A stretch of DNA of 64,000 bases from an uncultured Clostridia bacterium. GTDB taxonomy: Bacteria; Bacillota; Clostridia; Lachnospirales; CAMVHY01. The notes under the pieces were generated by a model. The model was not told the origin of the DNA. It made no database searches and was given only the letters and a program-made list of their open reading frames with translations. Position 1 is the stretch's first letter. Each line of letters begins with the position of its first letter. The translations under genes and the position numbers were made by a program. This document shows, one piece after another, positions 36,302 to 46,149 of this stretch. The stretch is taken from NCBI GenBank assembly GCA_947073045.1, contig CAMTJU010000001.1, positions 45,783-109,782 on the forward strand. Direction: 5' to 3'.

Positions 36302-36335
36302 AAAAAGTGACTCAAAAAAAATTGAGTCACTTTTT
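36302..36335. terminator. Bidirectional terminator between the RiPP operon and rnhA
   Basis: Perfect inverted repeat AAAAAGTGACTCAA-AAAAAA-TTGAGTCACTTTTT. Confidence 0.7.
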
Positions 36336-36392
36336 ATGTTTCAATAAAAATCCCAAACTGGAGACACTCCAATTCAAATTTTTGAAAAATAA

Positions 36393-36854
36393 TTAAACAT
36401 AATTTTTGTCTATTTTTAAATCACCTGTTTTTATAAATTGGCGTGCTAAATAATCACAGCGCTCATTTTCTTTATTATCATTATGGCCCTTAACCCAAAT
36501 AAAATTCACATTATGTATAGCGAGCAATTTTAAAAGTTCCTGCCATAAATCAATATTGGAAGCTTTTTGCGATTTTGTGCGATACCAATTATTTTTTTCC
36601 CACTTGTCTATCCAGCCTTTTTTTATTGCATCAATTACATATTTTGAATCTGAATACAAATTCACATTGCAAGGCTGCTTTAAAAATTTAAGAGCCTCAA
36701 TCACAGCAATTATCTCCATGCGGTTATTGGTAGTCAATTTAAAACCGCCAGATAATTCACGCCTAACATCATTATAAATAATGACAATCCCAAATCCACC
36801 CGGACCAGGATTGCCAGAACATGCACCATCCGTATAAATAGTAACAGTTTTCAT
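36393..36854 (-). CDS. rnhA: Ribonuclease HI
   Basis: 153-aa ORF with IYTDGACSGNPGPGGFG and the conserved D/E/D catalytic context. Confidence 0.9.
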   Translation of the reverse strand: MKTVTIYTDGACSGNPGPGGFGIVIIYNDVRRELSGGFKLTTNNRMEIIAVIEALKFLKQPCNVNLYSDSKYVIDAIKKGWIDKWEKNNWYRTKSQKASNIDLWQELLKLLAIHNVNFIWVKGHNDNKENERCDYLARQFIKTGDLKIDKNYV

Positions 36855-36862
36855 TTTCTCAC

Positions 36863-37765
36863 CTATTTTGAAAATAAAGCTTGTGCAAAAACTTTTGCAT
36901 CAAACTCCTCGATATCATCAATTTTTTCACCAATACCGACATACCTTACCGGTATTTTTAATTCATCTGCAATAGGAATGACAATACCGCCTTTGGCAGT
37001 ACTATCAAGTTTGGTCAAAATTATTCCTGTAATGTTCGTAGCTTCGTTAAATAATTTTACTTGCTGCAAACCATTTTGTCCCGTAGTCGCATCAATAGAA
37101 ATAAAAACCTCAAGATGCGCCTGTGGGTATTCCTCATTTATTATTTTAAAAATTTTTTTGAGTTCGTTCATTAAATTAATTTTGTTATGCAAGCGTCCTG
37201 CTGTATCACAAATTAAAATATCAGTTTTGTGAGCCTTTGCACTATGCACTGCATCAAAAATAACTGCGCCAGGGTCTGCATTTTCTTTATGTTTTATCAT
37301 TGGAACATTTATTTTTTTAGCCCACACTTCTAATTGGTCAATAGCAGCAGCTCTAAAAGTATCGGCGGCCGCCAGCATAACTTTCTTGTTTTGATTTTTA
37401 AACATATTTGCTAATTTCCCAATTGAAGTAGTTTTGCCAGTTCCGTTGACACCAATTACAAGAATTACGCATGGAAATTGCAAAATAAAATCAGAATTAT
37501 TTTCTTCCAAAATAGTTCTGATTTCATCAATAAAAATTTGTTTAATTTGCTCAGGTTCCTTTTTCTTTATAGACTTTTCCTTAACGGATTCTACAATTTT
37601 TTGTGAAGTTGCAACACCAATATCTGACGTAATTAATATTTCTTCTAGTTCGTCAAACAATTCTTCATCAACTTTTTTAAAACGACTGAATAAATCGTCG
37701 AGTCTACCTAAAAAATTCTCACGGGTTTTATTAATTCCCGATAAAAATTTTTCAAACAATCCCAT
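36863..37765 (-). CDS. ftsY: Signal recognition particle receptor FtsY
   Basis: 300-aa ORF with an SRP GTPase NG domain: GVNGTGKTTSIGKLA, DTAGRLHNK, TKLDSTAKGG. Confidence 0.9.
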   Translation of the reverse strand: MGLFEKFLSGINKTRENFLGRLDDLFSRFKKVDEELFDELEEILITSDIGVATSQKIVESVKEKSIKKKEPEQIKQIFIDEIRTILEENNSDFILQFPCVILVIGVNGTGKTTSIGKLANMFKNQNKKVMLAAADTFRAAAIDQLEVWAKKINVPMIKHKENADPGAVIFDAVHSAKAHKTDILICDTAGRLHNKINLMNELKKIFKIINEEYPQAHLEVFISIDATTGQNGLQQVKLFNEATNITGIILTKLDSTAKGGIVIPIADELKIPVRYVGIGEKIDDIEEFDAKVFAQALFSK

Positions 37766-37780
37766 TTTCTATCATCCTCA

Positions 37781-38407
37781 TTATTTTGTACCAAAGAGTC
37801 TGTCTCCTGCATCGCCAAGTCCAGGAATTATATATCCATGATCATTTAAACCTTTATCATGTTCAGCAGTATAAATATCTACGTCTGGATGCTCTTTATT
37901 AACTTTTGCTACACCTTTTGGAGTTGACAAAAGACAGAGCAATTTTATATCTTTCACACCGCGATCTTTCAAAAATTTTATTGCTGCTGATGCAGTTCCA
38001 CCCGTTGCAAGCATAGGATCAGTCAAGAAAATTTCACGATCTTTACTGTCTACAGGCAATTTGCAATAGTATTCAACTGGTTTCAAAGTTTCTGGATCAC
38101 GATACAAACCAATATGCCCAACTTTAGCATTGGGAATAAATCGCAAAATACCATTTGTCATACCAATTCCTGCACGTAAAATAGGTACAATACCAAATTT
38201 TTTTTCTGTTACTTGAGCAACTGTTTTGCCCAAAGGAGTTTCAATATTAACATTTGTTAATGGAACATCTCTTGTTGCTTCATAACAAATTAAAGTTGCA
38301 ATTTCATCTACCAATTCACGAAATTCTTTATTACCTGTATTTTTGTTTCGAAGCATTGAAATTTTATTTTTAATTAACGGGTGATCCAAAATTATAAGCT
38401 TTGACAT
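37781..38407 (-). CDS. upp: Uracil phosphoribosyltransferase
   Basis: 208-aa ORF with the PRPP-binding motif [13 protein letters not shown] and C-terminal [17 protein letters not shown]. Confidence 0.9.
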   Translation of the reverse strand: MSKLIILDHPLIKNKISMLRNKNTGNKEFRELVDEIATLICYEATRDVPLTNVNIETPLGKTVAQVTEKKFGIVPILRAGIGMTNGILRFIPNAKVGHIGLYRDPETLKPVEYYCKLPVDSKDREIFLTDPMLATGGTASAAIKFLKDRGVKDIKLLCLLSTPKGVAKVNKEHPDVDIYTAEHDKGLNDHGYIIPGLGDAGDRLFGTK

Positions 38408-38421
38408 AATAAAACTCCTTT

Positions 38422-38850
38422 CTAATTTTCAATTTGATTTATACGAGCTATATGCTTTTGTTCATTTGAAAACGGCGTAGACAAAAATGTTTTTACAATA
38501 TCTATTGCCAAACCGCTTCCTATAACTCTTGCTCCCATTGCTAAAATATTTGCATCATTATGCTCACGAGTTGCATGTGCAGAAAATGTATCCGAACAAA
38601 GTGCGGCACGTATCCCTTTGAATTTATTAGCACTAATTGAAATACCTATTCCTGTTCCACAAATAAGTATACCCTTTTGGCTTTCACCATTCAATATTGA
38701 ATTTGCCACAAGCTTTGCAAAAACAGGATAATCACATGAATCATAAGAATTAGTACCAAAATCCTTATAAGCTATATCGTTTGCATCAAGATATTTTATA
38801 ATCTCTTTTTTTAAATCTAAACCGGCATGGTCACAACCAAGCGCAATCAT
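38422..38850 (-). CDS. rpiB: Ribose-5-phosphate isomerase B
   Basis: 142-aa ORF of the RpiB/LacA/LacB family: [16 protein letters not shown]. Confidence 0.9.
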   Translation of the reverse strand: MIALGCDHAGLDLKKEIIKYLDANDIAYKDFGTNSYDSCDYPVFAKLVANSILNGESQKGILICGTGIGISISANKFKGIRAALCSDTFSAHATREHNDANILAMGARVIGSGLAIDIVKTFLSTPFSNEQKHIARINQIEN

Positions 38851-39311
38851 TTTTTATCCCCTCCTTTATTAAAATTCATAGCAATAATATTTATAAGTGA
38901 AAAGATTTGATCGGCGCATTTTTTATAAATTTCGAAATCTGCTCCAAATGGATCAATTATATCATAATTGTCGTTACATGCAAATTCAGACAAAGTAAAT
39001 ATTTTTCCTTTTGCTTGATCGAACTTGTTGCAAAGAAACTTTTTGTGTGCATCGGTCATAGTAAGAATAAAATCATTTTCATCAATAATCTCTTTTGTAA
39101 TTTGTTTTGATTTATGATTTGAAATATCTATGTCATAATTTTTCATTGCGAGTATAGAATTTTGTGAAGCGCTATCAAAAGGGTTTGCTCCAATTCCTGC
39201 AGAACTTACTTGCGCTTTTATGTTCATGTCTTTAAATATTTTTTGAGCTAATGCCTGAGCCATTGGACTTCTGCAAGTATTACCTGTGCAAACAAACAAA
39301 ATCTTCATCAA
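38847..39311 (-). CDS. Low-molecular-weight protein phosphatase (YwlE-like)
   Basis: CX5R P-loop VCTGNTCRSPMA and a DP motif. Sits in the ywlC-ywlE-ywlF(rpiB)-upp context known from Bacillus. Confidence 0.8.
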   Translation of the reverse strand: MMKILFVCTGNTCRSPMAQALAQKIFKDMNIKAQVSSAGIGANPFDSASQNSILAMKNYDIDISNHKSKQITKEIIDENDFILTMTDAHKKFLCNKFDQAKGKIFTLSEFACNDNYDIIDPFGADFEIYKKCADQIFSLINIIAMNFNKGGDKK

Positions 39312-39314
39312 AAA

Positions 39315-40346
39315 TCACACCCTTATAATTTTATAATCAGCTGCTTTTTGTAATCTGTTCATAATTGCAAAACCAATATCATTTTGAGGAAAACTTTCGG
39401 CATAAATAATTTCTATATCATTTAAATCAAACTCGCGCAATATGGAAAATAAATTTTCAGCAACATCTAAGAGATTATTTCTATTGCCTGCAGATAAAAC
39501 TAAACAATTATTGTACAAATTTTTAGTTTGATCACTTGCAAGCACACCAATTTTTTTGTTTTCACTTTGCAAAATCAATTCATTAATTTTAGCAGACATA
39601 TTTTCCAAATTTCCACTTACAATAATAACTTCTGCCTTTGGAGAATAATGCTTATATTTCATACCAGGAGCTTTTGGATGTTCATTGTCGTTTAGCAAAT
39701 TATCAGCAACAATCACATCCCCTATGCAATCTTTTAACATTTCTAAAGTAACAGCACCAGGTCGAAGCATCACTGGTATTTCTAATGTCATATCTATTAT
39801 AGTTGATTCGAGTCCAAAAGAAAATTCTTTTTCACTTTCTTCATAAATAATCATATCAATTTTGCCATCCAAATCATTTATAACATGTGAAAAATGAGTG
39901 CAGCTTGGTTTCCCAGAAACATTTGCACTCGGAGCAGCAATTGGTAAATTTGCTGCATTAATTAATTTTTGGGCTAAACTGTTTGCAGGGAATCTTACGG
40001 CTATTGTATCTAAGGCACCCGATGTTTCATAGGGTATGTAATCTTTTTTATTTAAAATAATAGTAAGCGGGCCTGGCCAAAATTTTTTCGTTAATTCAAT
40101 AGCTTTTGCACTTATGTCTTTTGCTATCTCATTTAAATAATTTAATTGGGCAATGTGAACTATAAGAGGATTGTCTGATGGACGACCCTTTGCCAAATAA
40201 ATTTTTTTTACTGCTTTTGCATTAAGTGCGTCAGCTCCAAGACCGTATACAGTTTCTGTAGGAAATGCAACAAGCCCACCTGATTTTAAAATTTGTGCTG
40301 CTTTTTGAATTGACTGCCCATTTGCTTTTTCTATTAGCGTTTTCAT
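39315..40346 (-). CDS. tsaC: L-threonylcarbamoyladenylate synthase (Sua5/YwlC type)
   Basis: 343-aa ORF with a YrdC domain (VAFPTETVYGLGADA) plus a Sua5 C-terminal domain. Confidence 0.85.
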   Translation of the reverse strand: MKTLIEKANGQSIQKAAQILKSGGLVAFPTETVYGLGADALNAKAVKKIYLAKGRPSDNPLIVHIAQLNYLNEIAKDISAKAIELTKKFWPGPLTIILNKKDYIPYETSGALDTIAVRFPANSLAQKLINAANLPIAAPSANVSGKPSCTHFSHVINDLDGKIDMIIYEESEKEFSFGLESTIIDMTLEIPVMLRPGAVTLEMLKDCIGDVIVADNLLNDNEHPKAPGMKYKHYSPKAEVIIVSGNLENMSAKINELILQSENKKIGVLASDQTKNLYNNCLVLSAGNRNNLLDVAENLFSILREFDLNDIEIIYAESFPQNDIGFAIMNRLQKAADYKIIRV

Positions 40347-40441
40347 TTTGCATATCCTTTCTCAAATATATTATAATTCGAATTATAAGTCATGAGCTAA
40401 ACAAAAACAATTAATTTCAAAATGGAAGGATTGAAAAAATT

Positions 40442-40963
40442 ATGGAAGAGCAAGAAAAAAGGCAAGAAATTTATTCAGGCAAAATAATAAAAGTCTATAA
40501 AGACACGGTTAAATTACCCAATGGAAATTTCTCAAGCCGTGAAATTGTTTTGCATAATGAATGCAGTGCTGTTTTGGCAATTCAAGATGAAAAAATAATT
40601 TTTGTTCGGCAATATCGTTATCCAATAAAAAATTATTCTTTGGAGATACCTGCAGGAATTATGGATGATGGAGAAAGTCCAGAAGATTGTGCCAAACGTG
40701 AGCTTGAAGAAGAAACGGGATTAATTGCACAAAATTTAGATTTGCTTTTCAAGCTTCATTCATCTATTGGATTTTGTAATGAACTTATAAATGTGTATAT
40801 AGCCAAAGGTTTAGCAATTGGCAAACAAAATTTTGATGAAGATGAATTCATTACGCTTGAAAAATATTCATTAGATCAAGCTTTAAAAATGATAAAAGAA
40901 TATAAAATTACCGATGCAAAAACTATAGCTGCTATTTTTGCCTATAGTGCATCTTGCAAATAA
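40442..40963 (+). CDS. NUDIX hydrolase (ADP-ribose pyrophosphatase-like)
   Basis: Nudix box GIMDDGESPEDCAKRELEEETGL. Confidence 0.8.
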   Translation: MEEQEKRQEIYSGKIIKVYKDTVKLPNGNFSSREIVLHNECSAVLAIQDEKIIFVRQYRYPIKNYSLEIPAGIMDDGESPEDCAKRELEEETGLIAQNLDLLFKLHSSIGFCNELINVYIAKGLAIGKQNFDEDEFITLEKYSLDQALKMIKEYKITDAKTIAAIFAYSASCK

Positions 40964-41013
40964 TAGTACTTATGTGATAAAATTTTACGAGATAAAAATT
41001 GGAGGTTTTAAGA

Positions 41014-42096
41014 ATGAAAATAGGTATGCTTACGGGCGGCGGAGATGCCCCAGGTTTAAATTCTGTTATATATGCACTTACTAGAATTTGTACTCGTAAA
41101 TTCAATTGCGAATTAATAGGATATAAATTTGGTTATCGCGGTCTATATGAAAATAATTTTGTCAAACTTACTCCGGAATCTACTTCCGGTATATTACATA
41201 AAGGCGGCACAATTCTTTTTAGTTCTAACAAAGATAATTTATTTGATTATCTTGTGGATGACGGCAACGGCAATATGGTTAAAAAAGATGTTTCAGATAT
41301 AGCTGTGGAAAATTTAAAAAAAGAAGGCGTTGATATTTTAGTAATTCTTGGTGGCGATGGAACTCTTACAAGTGCAAGAGATTTTGCCCGCAAAGGTATT
41401 AATGTTATCGGCGTTCCTAAAACAATCGATAACGATTTAGGCTCTACCGATGTTACATTTGGTTTTGATAGTGCCGTAAATGTTGTTACAGAAAATATTG
41501 GTCGAATACATACAACAGCAGAATCTCATCATAGAGTTTTTGTTGTTGAAGTTATGGGGCGCAATGCTGGATGGATTGCACTTCATGCAGGAATTGCTGG
41601 TTCTGCCGACATTATTCTTATTCCTGAAATTCCATATACTTTGGAGAACATAGTAAAAAAAATAAAAGAAAGAGACGCAGCAGGTAAAAACTTTTCAATA
41701 ATAGTTGTAACAGAAGGCGCAAAAGAAAAAGGTGGTCAAGCTGTTATAGGAAAAGTTGTTTCTGATAGCCCTGACCCAATTAGATTTGGTGGTATAGCAG
41801 CAAAAATTTCGCACGATTTGGAACCACTTATAAACCACGAAATAAGAAGTGTCGCTTTGGGCCATATTCAGCGTGGTGGAGAAACTTCCCCAGCCGACAG
41901 AGTTTTATCTGTAAGATACGCATACGAAGCTGCAAATTTAATCGCCGAGAAAAAATTTGGCAATATGGTTTGTTTGAAAAACGGCAAAATGAGTTATGTA
42001 AGCCTAGAAGAAGTTATAGGAAAATCAAAATTTGTTGATCCAATGGGGAAATTAGTTAATGCGGCCCGCGCACTTGGAATTTCATTTGGTGATTAA
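41014..42096 (+). CDS. pfkA: 6-phosphofructokinase
   Basis: MKIGMLTGGGDAPGLN, GGDGT, PKTIDND, MGR. Start set at the ATG at 41014 after GGAGG. The TTG in the ORF track overlaps the RBS. Confidence 0.85.
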   Translation: MKIGMLTGGGDAPGLNSVIYALTRICTRKFNCELIGYKFGYRGLYENNFVKLTPESTSGILHKGGTILFSSNKDNLFDYLVDDGNGNMVKKDVSDIAVENLKKEGVDILVILGGDGTLTSARDFARKGINVIGVPKTIDNDLGSTDVTFGFDSAVNVVTENIGRIHTTAESHHRVFVVEVMGRNAGWIALHAGIAGSADIILIPEIPYTLENIVKKIKERDAAGKNFSIIVVTEGAKEKGGQAVIGKVVSDSPDPIRFGGIAAKISHDLEPLINHEIRSVALGHIQRGGETSPADRVLSVRYAYEAANLIAEKKFGNMVCLKNGKMSYVSLEEVIGKSKFVDPMGKLVNAARALGISFGD

Positions 42097-42220
42097 AAAA
42101 ATTAGTACAAAAAAAGTAATGTTATTTGTATAATTTTCCTAATATCTATTTGCTTCTTGTAAAAACTATCATTATTTATGCAACATTGAATCTATGAGAA
42201 ATATGAAAACGGTACGTTAA

Positions 42221-42270
42221 AAAAAAGAGCTGGTAAAAATCAATCAAAAGATTTTTATCAGCTCTTTTGT
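42221..42270. terminator. Hairpin terminator in the pfkA-ogt spacer
   Basis: A-run, AAGAGCTGGTAAAAATC / GATTTTTATCAGCTCTT inverted repeat, then TTGTT. Confidence 0.55.
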
Positions 42271-42423
42271 TATTGCAAATCGTATTACTATTTTCCTGAT
42301 ATCTTTGATTTTGCATTAATTACTTACTTCTTAAAGATTTAATTTTTATTGACAAAATAAAGATTATGGCTTTTAAATTTTTTATTGCAACTATCAAAAT
42401 TATCTTAGTTTTGCTTTTTAACT

Positions 42424-42939
42424 TCAAACAAAAGATGAGAAAATATCTGCTTTTTCAAATGCAAGAAGCTGCATCTTTTTATCAATACCTCCCGCATAAC
42501 CTGTTAATCTGCCATTTGCTCCAACAACGCGATGACACGGGATAATAAGTAAAATAGAGTTATGTCCTACTGCACCACCTACTGCCTGTGCAGACATTTT
42601 TGAAAATCCACTTTGCATTGCAAGTTTGACCGAAATTTCGCCGTAGGTCATTGTTTTTCCAAATGGAATTGTCAATACAATATCCCACACTGCTTTTCTA
42701 AAAGGTGTTGCTTTTTTCATTTTAATCGGCGGTGTAAAACAAGGTGCTTTACCGCTAAAATAAATATCAAGCCAAAGCGCTGTTTCTTCAAATATTGGCA
42801 AAGATTTTTCTATGTATTCACTTGAAAAAGTTTCTATAAAACATTTTTGAGAATCAAAACACAAATCTGTAAGCTCTATACCATTGCTTGAAAGTGTAAT
42901 GCCACCAACAGGAGAATTATAGTGATACATATATGTCAT
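42424..42939 (-). CDS. ogt: Methylated-DNA--protein-cysteine methyltransferase
   Basis: 171-aa ORF with the active site IPCHRV and the helix-turn-helix region TYGEISVKL. Confidence 0.85.
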   Translation of the reverse strand: MTYMYHYNSPVGGITLSSNGIELTDLCFDSQKCFIETFSSEYIEKSLPIFEETALWLDIYFSGKAPCFTPPIKMKKATPFRKAVWDIVLTIPFGKTMTYGEISVKLAMQSGFSKMSAQAVGGAVGHNSILLIIPCHRVVGANGRLTGYAGGIDKKMQLLAFEKADIFSSFV

Positions 42940-43029
42940 AATATTACATCTCCAAATATCAAATGATTCTTAGTAATTATCATTTTATGAAATTATTCCA
43001 TCTTTATTTATCCTACAAATATTACTCCC

Positions 43030-44211
43030 TCAATTTAACGAAACATATCCCGTTTTTTCGATAATCCATTGACCCTGAGGAGAAAGAATCCATTTTAGTA
43101 AAGCTGAAAGTTTAGGATTTTTCATCTTTGGAGCAGGTTGACCAATCGGAGCGGCAGTAACCGCATAAAACTCGCTGGAGATGGGATAACTACCATCTCT
43201 AATGGTTTCTTTAGTGGGAAAAACACCATCTAGTGCCAACAGACGTATCTGTTCATTTTCTACCATTTGTGTAGAGTAATACCGAAAAGAAAAGCCGATG
43301 GCATTTTTATAATTTTGATAACTAGCTACTTGCGAAATGATTCCTTCCATACCAATTACCACGTTTTTTCGCTCTGGTTCTGCAATTGGGATATCTTCCA
43401 TAAGGCGTTCAAGAGCAGATTGACTGCCACTGTTCTGTGCACGTTGAAATGCACGGATAGATTGATTTTTACCACCCACCTCATTCCAGTTGGTAATTGC
43501 TCCAGAATAAATACCCTTTACTTGTTCCACAGTTAGTCCTTTCACTGGGTTTCGACTATTCACAAAAAAAACAAAAGCCTCTCGGCCAATAGGTGTTAAA
43601 TAAAACTCCATTCCTGCTGCTTTTGCAGCATCTTTTTGTGCTTGAGATGGAGCGGCAACAAAAATCACATCAACCTCCTGATCAATGAGACGTTGGTAGG
43701 CTCTTGCGGTATTGGTACAAACCACTTTGCTTTCGTATAAAGAATACCCCTTTTCCGGATAGACTGCTTGTGCAAAGGCAGCATATACAGGATACAGAGC
43801 TGTAGCCCCGTCCATAGATGGTAGAAAATAGTCGTCGTCTAATTTTAATGTAGGTTTTTCCTCCAAACGTACAGCCTTGGTGTCCGACGTATTAGGTTGG
43901 TACTGATAAAGCATCAAAAGACGATCGTCCATTGTTGGAATGTTATCTTGCCAAATACCATGACCAACATATATTGCAACCGCTACACACAGAATCAGAT
44001 AGCTATTCTTGACAATATGCCTGCCCTGTTGCCCAATCAGAATACATATACACAATGCAATCAACCCTGTCAGTCCCAAAAAACCTACCGCATAAAGTAT
44101 ATAAAGTGGCATACCAAATAGAATGAGGAAGTTCCAAGCCACGAGCAGAAGAAAGCCACCTCCAAAAATTACTCCTAAACAATAACATAAGTTTTTCAGA
44201 TATTTTTTCAT
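43030..44211 (-). CDS. Membrane-anchored PstS-family (PBP-like) substrate-binding domain protein
   Basis: 393-aa ORF with 3-4 N-terminal TM helices followed by a PBP domain (..TNTARAYQRLIDQEVDVIFVAAPS.., ..NSGSQSALERL.., ..IGFSFRYY..). No pstCAB genes adjacent. Confidence 0.75.
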   Translation of the reverse strand: MKKYLKNLCYCLGVIFGGGFLLLVAWNFLILFGMPLYILYAVGFLGLTGLIALCICILIGQQGRHIVKNSYLILCVAVAIYVGHGIWQDNIPTMDDRLLMLYQYQPNTSDTKAVRLEEKPTLKLDDDYFLPSMDGATALYPVYAAFAQAVYPEKGYSLYESKVVCTNTARAYQRLIDQEVDVIFVAAPSQAQKDAAKAAGMEFYLTPIGREAFVFFVNSRNPVKGLTVEQVKGIYSGAITNWNEVGGKNQSIRAFQRAQNSGSQSALERLMEDIPIAEPERKNVVIGMEGIISQVASYQNYKNAIGFSFRYYSTQMVENEQIRLLALDGVFPTKETIRDGSYPISSEFYAVTAAPIGQPAPKMKNPKLSALLKWILSPQGQWIIEKTGYVSLN

Positions 44212-44272
44212 ATATTGTTTTCTCCTATTCTAAACTTCCGATTTATCATATCATTTAAATTCATAATATCAC

Positions 44273-44310
44273 AAAAAAAATAGTGTAGTTCAGCTACACT
44301 ATTTTTTTTA
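44273..44310 (-). terminator. Terminator of the 44330..44881 gene
   Basis: A8 run, ATAGTGTAG-TTCAG-CTACACTAT, then T8. Confidence 0.55.
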
Positions 44311-44329
44311 TATAAATTTACATTAACTA

Positions 44330-44881
44330 TTACAAGTTTAAAACTTCTTTATTCACTTGATTTTCCTGACCTTCATTATATGTATTTGATTCTTTTTTGG
44401 CTTTTGGCATTTTGCAATAATGAATGGATTTTTCAAAATTAGCAATATTTTTAGCAAGATCTTTAACTGGAAACTGCAAAATTATAAGCTTATACAACTT
44501 ATTTCCAATCTTATATTCTTTTATTTTAACATCTTTTCTGGACTTAGCAAATCTTTCAAGTTTATCTAAATCCACTTTTCCTTCATTAGTAAAATGTTTA
44601 TCCATAGCATTAGCTACATTTTTAGCATCTTCTTTATTAGCAGCAAAAGCTTTACTTCCATTTGAACCTGTAAATTCTTGAAGATTTTCAATACTATGAC
44701 TATTTTGTTGCTCTTTCGGTAAACTCATATAAAGTATAATTAATTCATCATCATTGCTCTTACCTTTATCCGAGTTTTCTATTTTAAATTTTTGCTTTGC
44801 TTTTTCTAAAATAGATCTCTCTTCCGCTTCCTCCAACTCTATTTTTTCAAGTTTTTCTTGCCTTTTCTTGTAATATTCCAT
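44330..44881 (-). CDS. Hypothetical protein (183 aa, charged N-terminus)
   Basis: Clean ORF with RBS GGGAGG and its own terminator. No motif recognised. Confidence 0.5.
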   Translation of the reverse strand: MEYYKKRQEKLEKIELEEAEERSILEKAKQKFKIENSDKGKSNDDELIILYMSLPKEQQNSHSIENLQEFTGSNGSKAFAANKEDAKNVANAMDKHFTNEGKVDLDKLERFAKSRKDVKIKEYKIGNKLYKLIILQFPVKDLAKNIANFEKSIHYCKMPKAKKESNTYNEGQENQVNKEVLNL

Positions 44882-44922
44882 AATAATAACCTCCCATTAA
44901 ATTAAAAACATTCACATAATTA

Positions 44923-46116
44923 TTATATCATATTTATAATTACTTCAACAGCTTTTTTTATTGAGGAAACAGGAATAAATTCATATGGGCCATGAAAATT
45001 GTGTCCACCGGCAAAAACATTTGGGCACGGCAAATTTTTAAACGATAAATTTGCGCCATCTGTTCCACCTCTAATCGGCATTTCAAGTGGAATTATATCG
45101 GCCTTTTTAAAAGCTTTGCGAGCTCTGTCGATTATATATTCATCAATTTTTTCTCGCATGTTGTAATATTGATCCTTAATACTTAAATCTATTTTGCAAT
45201 TGCTTTCATTTTGCACTTGCAAAACTACCTGTTCTACAAATTTTTTTCTTGCCTCAAAATTTTTTCTATCAAAATCTCGTATTATGCATTCAATTGTTGT
45301 TTTGTCAACAGCTCCCAAAAATGTATGAATATGATAAAACCCTTCAAGTTTTTCAGTATTTTGAGGCGTCTGAGAGATTGGAAATTTATTTACGATTTTG
45401 TTGCCAACCAAAATTGAATTTATCATAATATTTTTTGCATCACCTGGATGAACACTTTTCCCATGAACAATTATTTTAGCAACTGCCGCATTAAAATTTT
45501 CATACTGCAATTCACCAACTTGTCCACCATCCACAGTATATGCAAAATCGCAATCAAATTTTTCTACATCAAATTTACTAGCGCCAAGGCCAATTTCTTC
45601 ATCTGGAGTAAATGCAATTTTTATCTGCCCATGTTTTATTTCATCATGCTTTATCAAATATTCCATTGCCGTAATTATTTCACTAATTCCTGCCTTATCG
45701 TCTGCTCCTAATAAAGTTGTGCCATCCGTTACGATTAAATCGTCCCCAATATAATTTTTTAAAACTGGAAATTCTGTCGGTGAGAGAAAAATATTTTCAT
45801 TCAATGAAATTTGGTTTCCTTCATAATTTTTTATAATGCGTGGAGAAATATTTTCCCCGCTAAACTCAGGACTTGTATCCATATGCGCAATAAACCCAAT
45901 TTTTTCTTTAATCGATAAATCATTTGCATAAAGAGTTGCAAAAACATAACCATACTTGTCTGTGCAAACATCTTTCATACCAATTTGCTTACATTCGTCA
46001 GCTAAATAGTTTGCAAATACAAGTTGAGATTTAGTAGATGGAAAACATTTTGAATCTTCGTTGGACTGCGTGTCGAATGTGACATACTTCAAAAATCTAT
46101 CCACTGCCCTTTCCAT
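44923..46116 (-). CDS. pepT: Peptidase T (tripeptide aminopeptidase, M20B)
   Basis: 397-aa ORF with MERAVDRFLKYVTFDTQS, IAHMDT, GADDKAG, TPDEEIG. Confidence 0.9.
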   Translation of the reverse strand: MERAVDRFLKYVTFDTQSNEDSKCFPSTKSQLVFANYLADECKQIGMKDVCTDKYGYVFATLYANDLSIKEKIGFIAHMDTSPEFSGENISPRIIKNYEGNQISLNENIFLSPTEFPVLKNYIGDDLIVTDGTTLLGADDKAGISEIITAMEYLIKHDEIKHGQIKIAFTPDEEIGLGASKFDVEKFDCDFAYTVDGGQVGELQYENFNAAVAKIIVHGKSVHPGDAKNIMINSILVGNKIVNKFPISQTPQNTEKLEGFYHIHTFLGAVDKTTIECIIRDFDRKNFEARKKFVEQVVLQVQNESNCKIDLSIKDQYYNMREKIDEYIIDRARKAFKKADIIPLEMPIRGGTDGANLSFKNLPCPNVFAGGHNFHGPYEFIPVSSIKKAVEVIINMI

Positions 46117-46149
46117 TTCAATTCCCCTTTTTATATTTTGTGTTTTATT

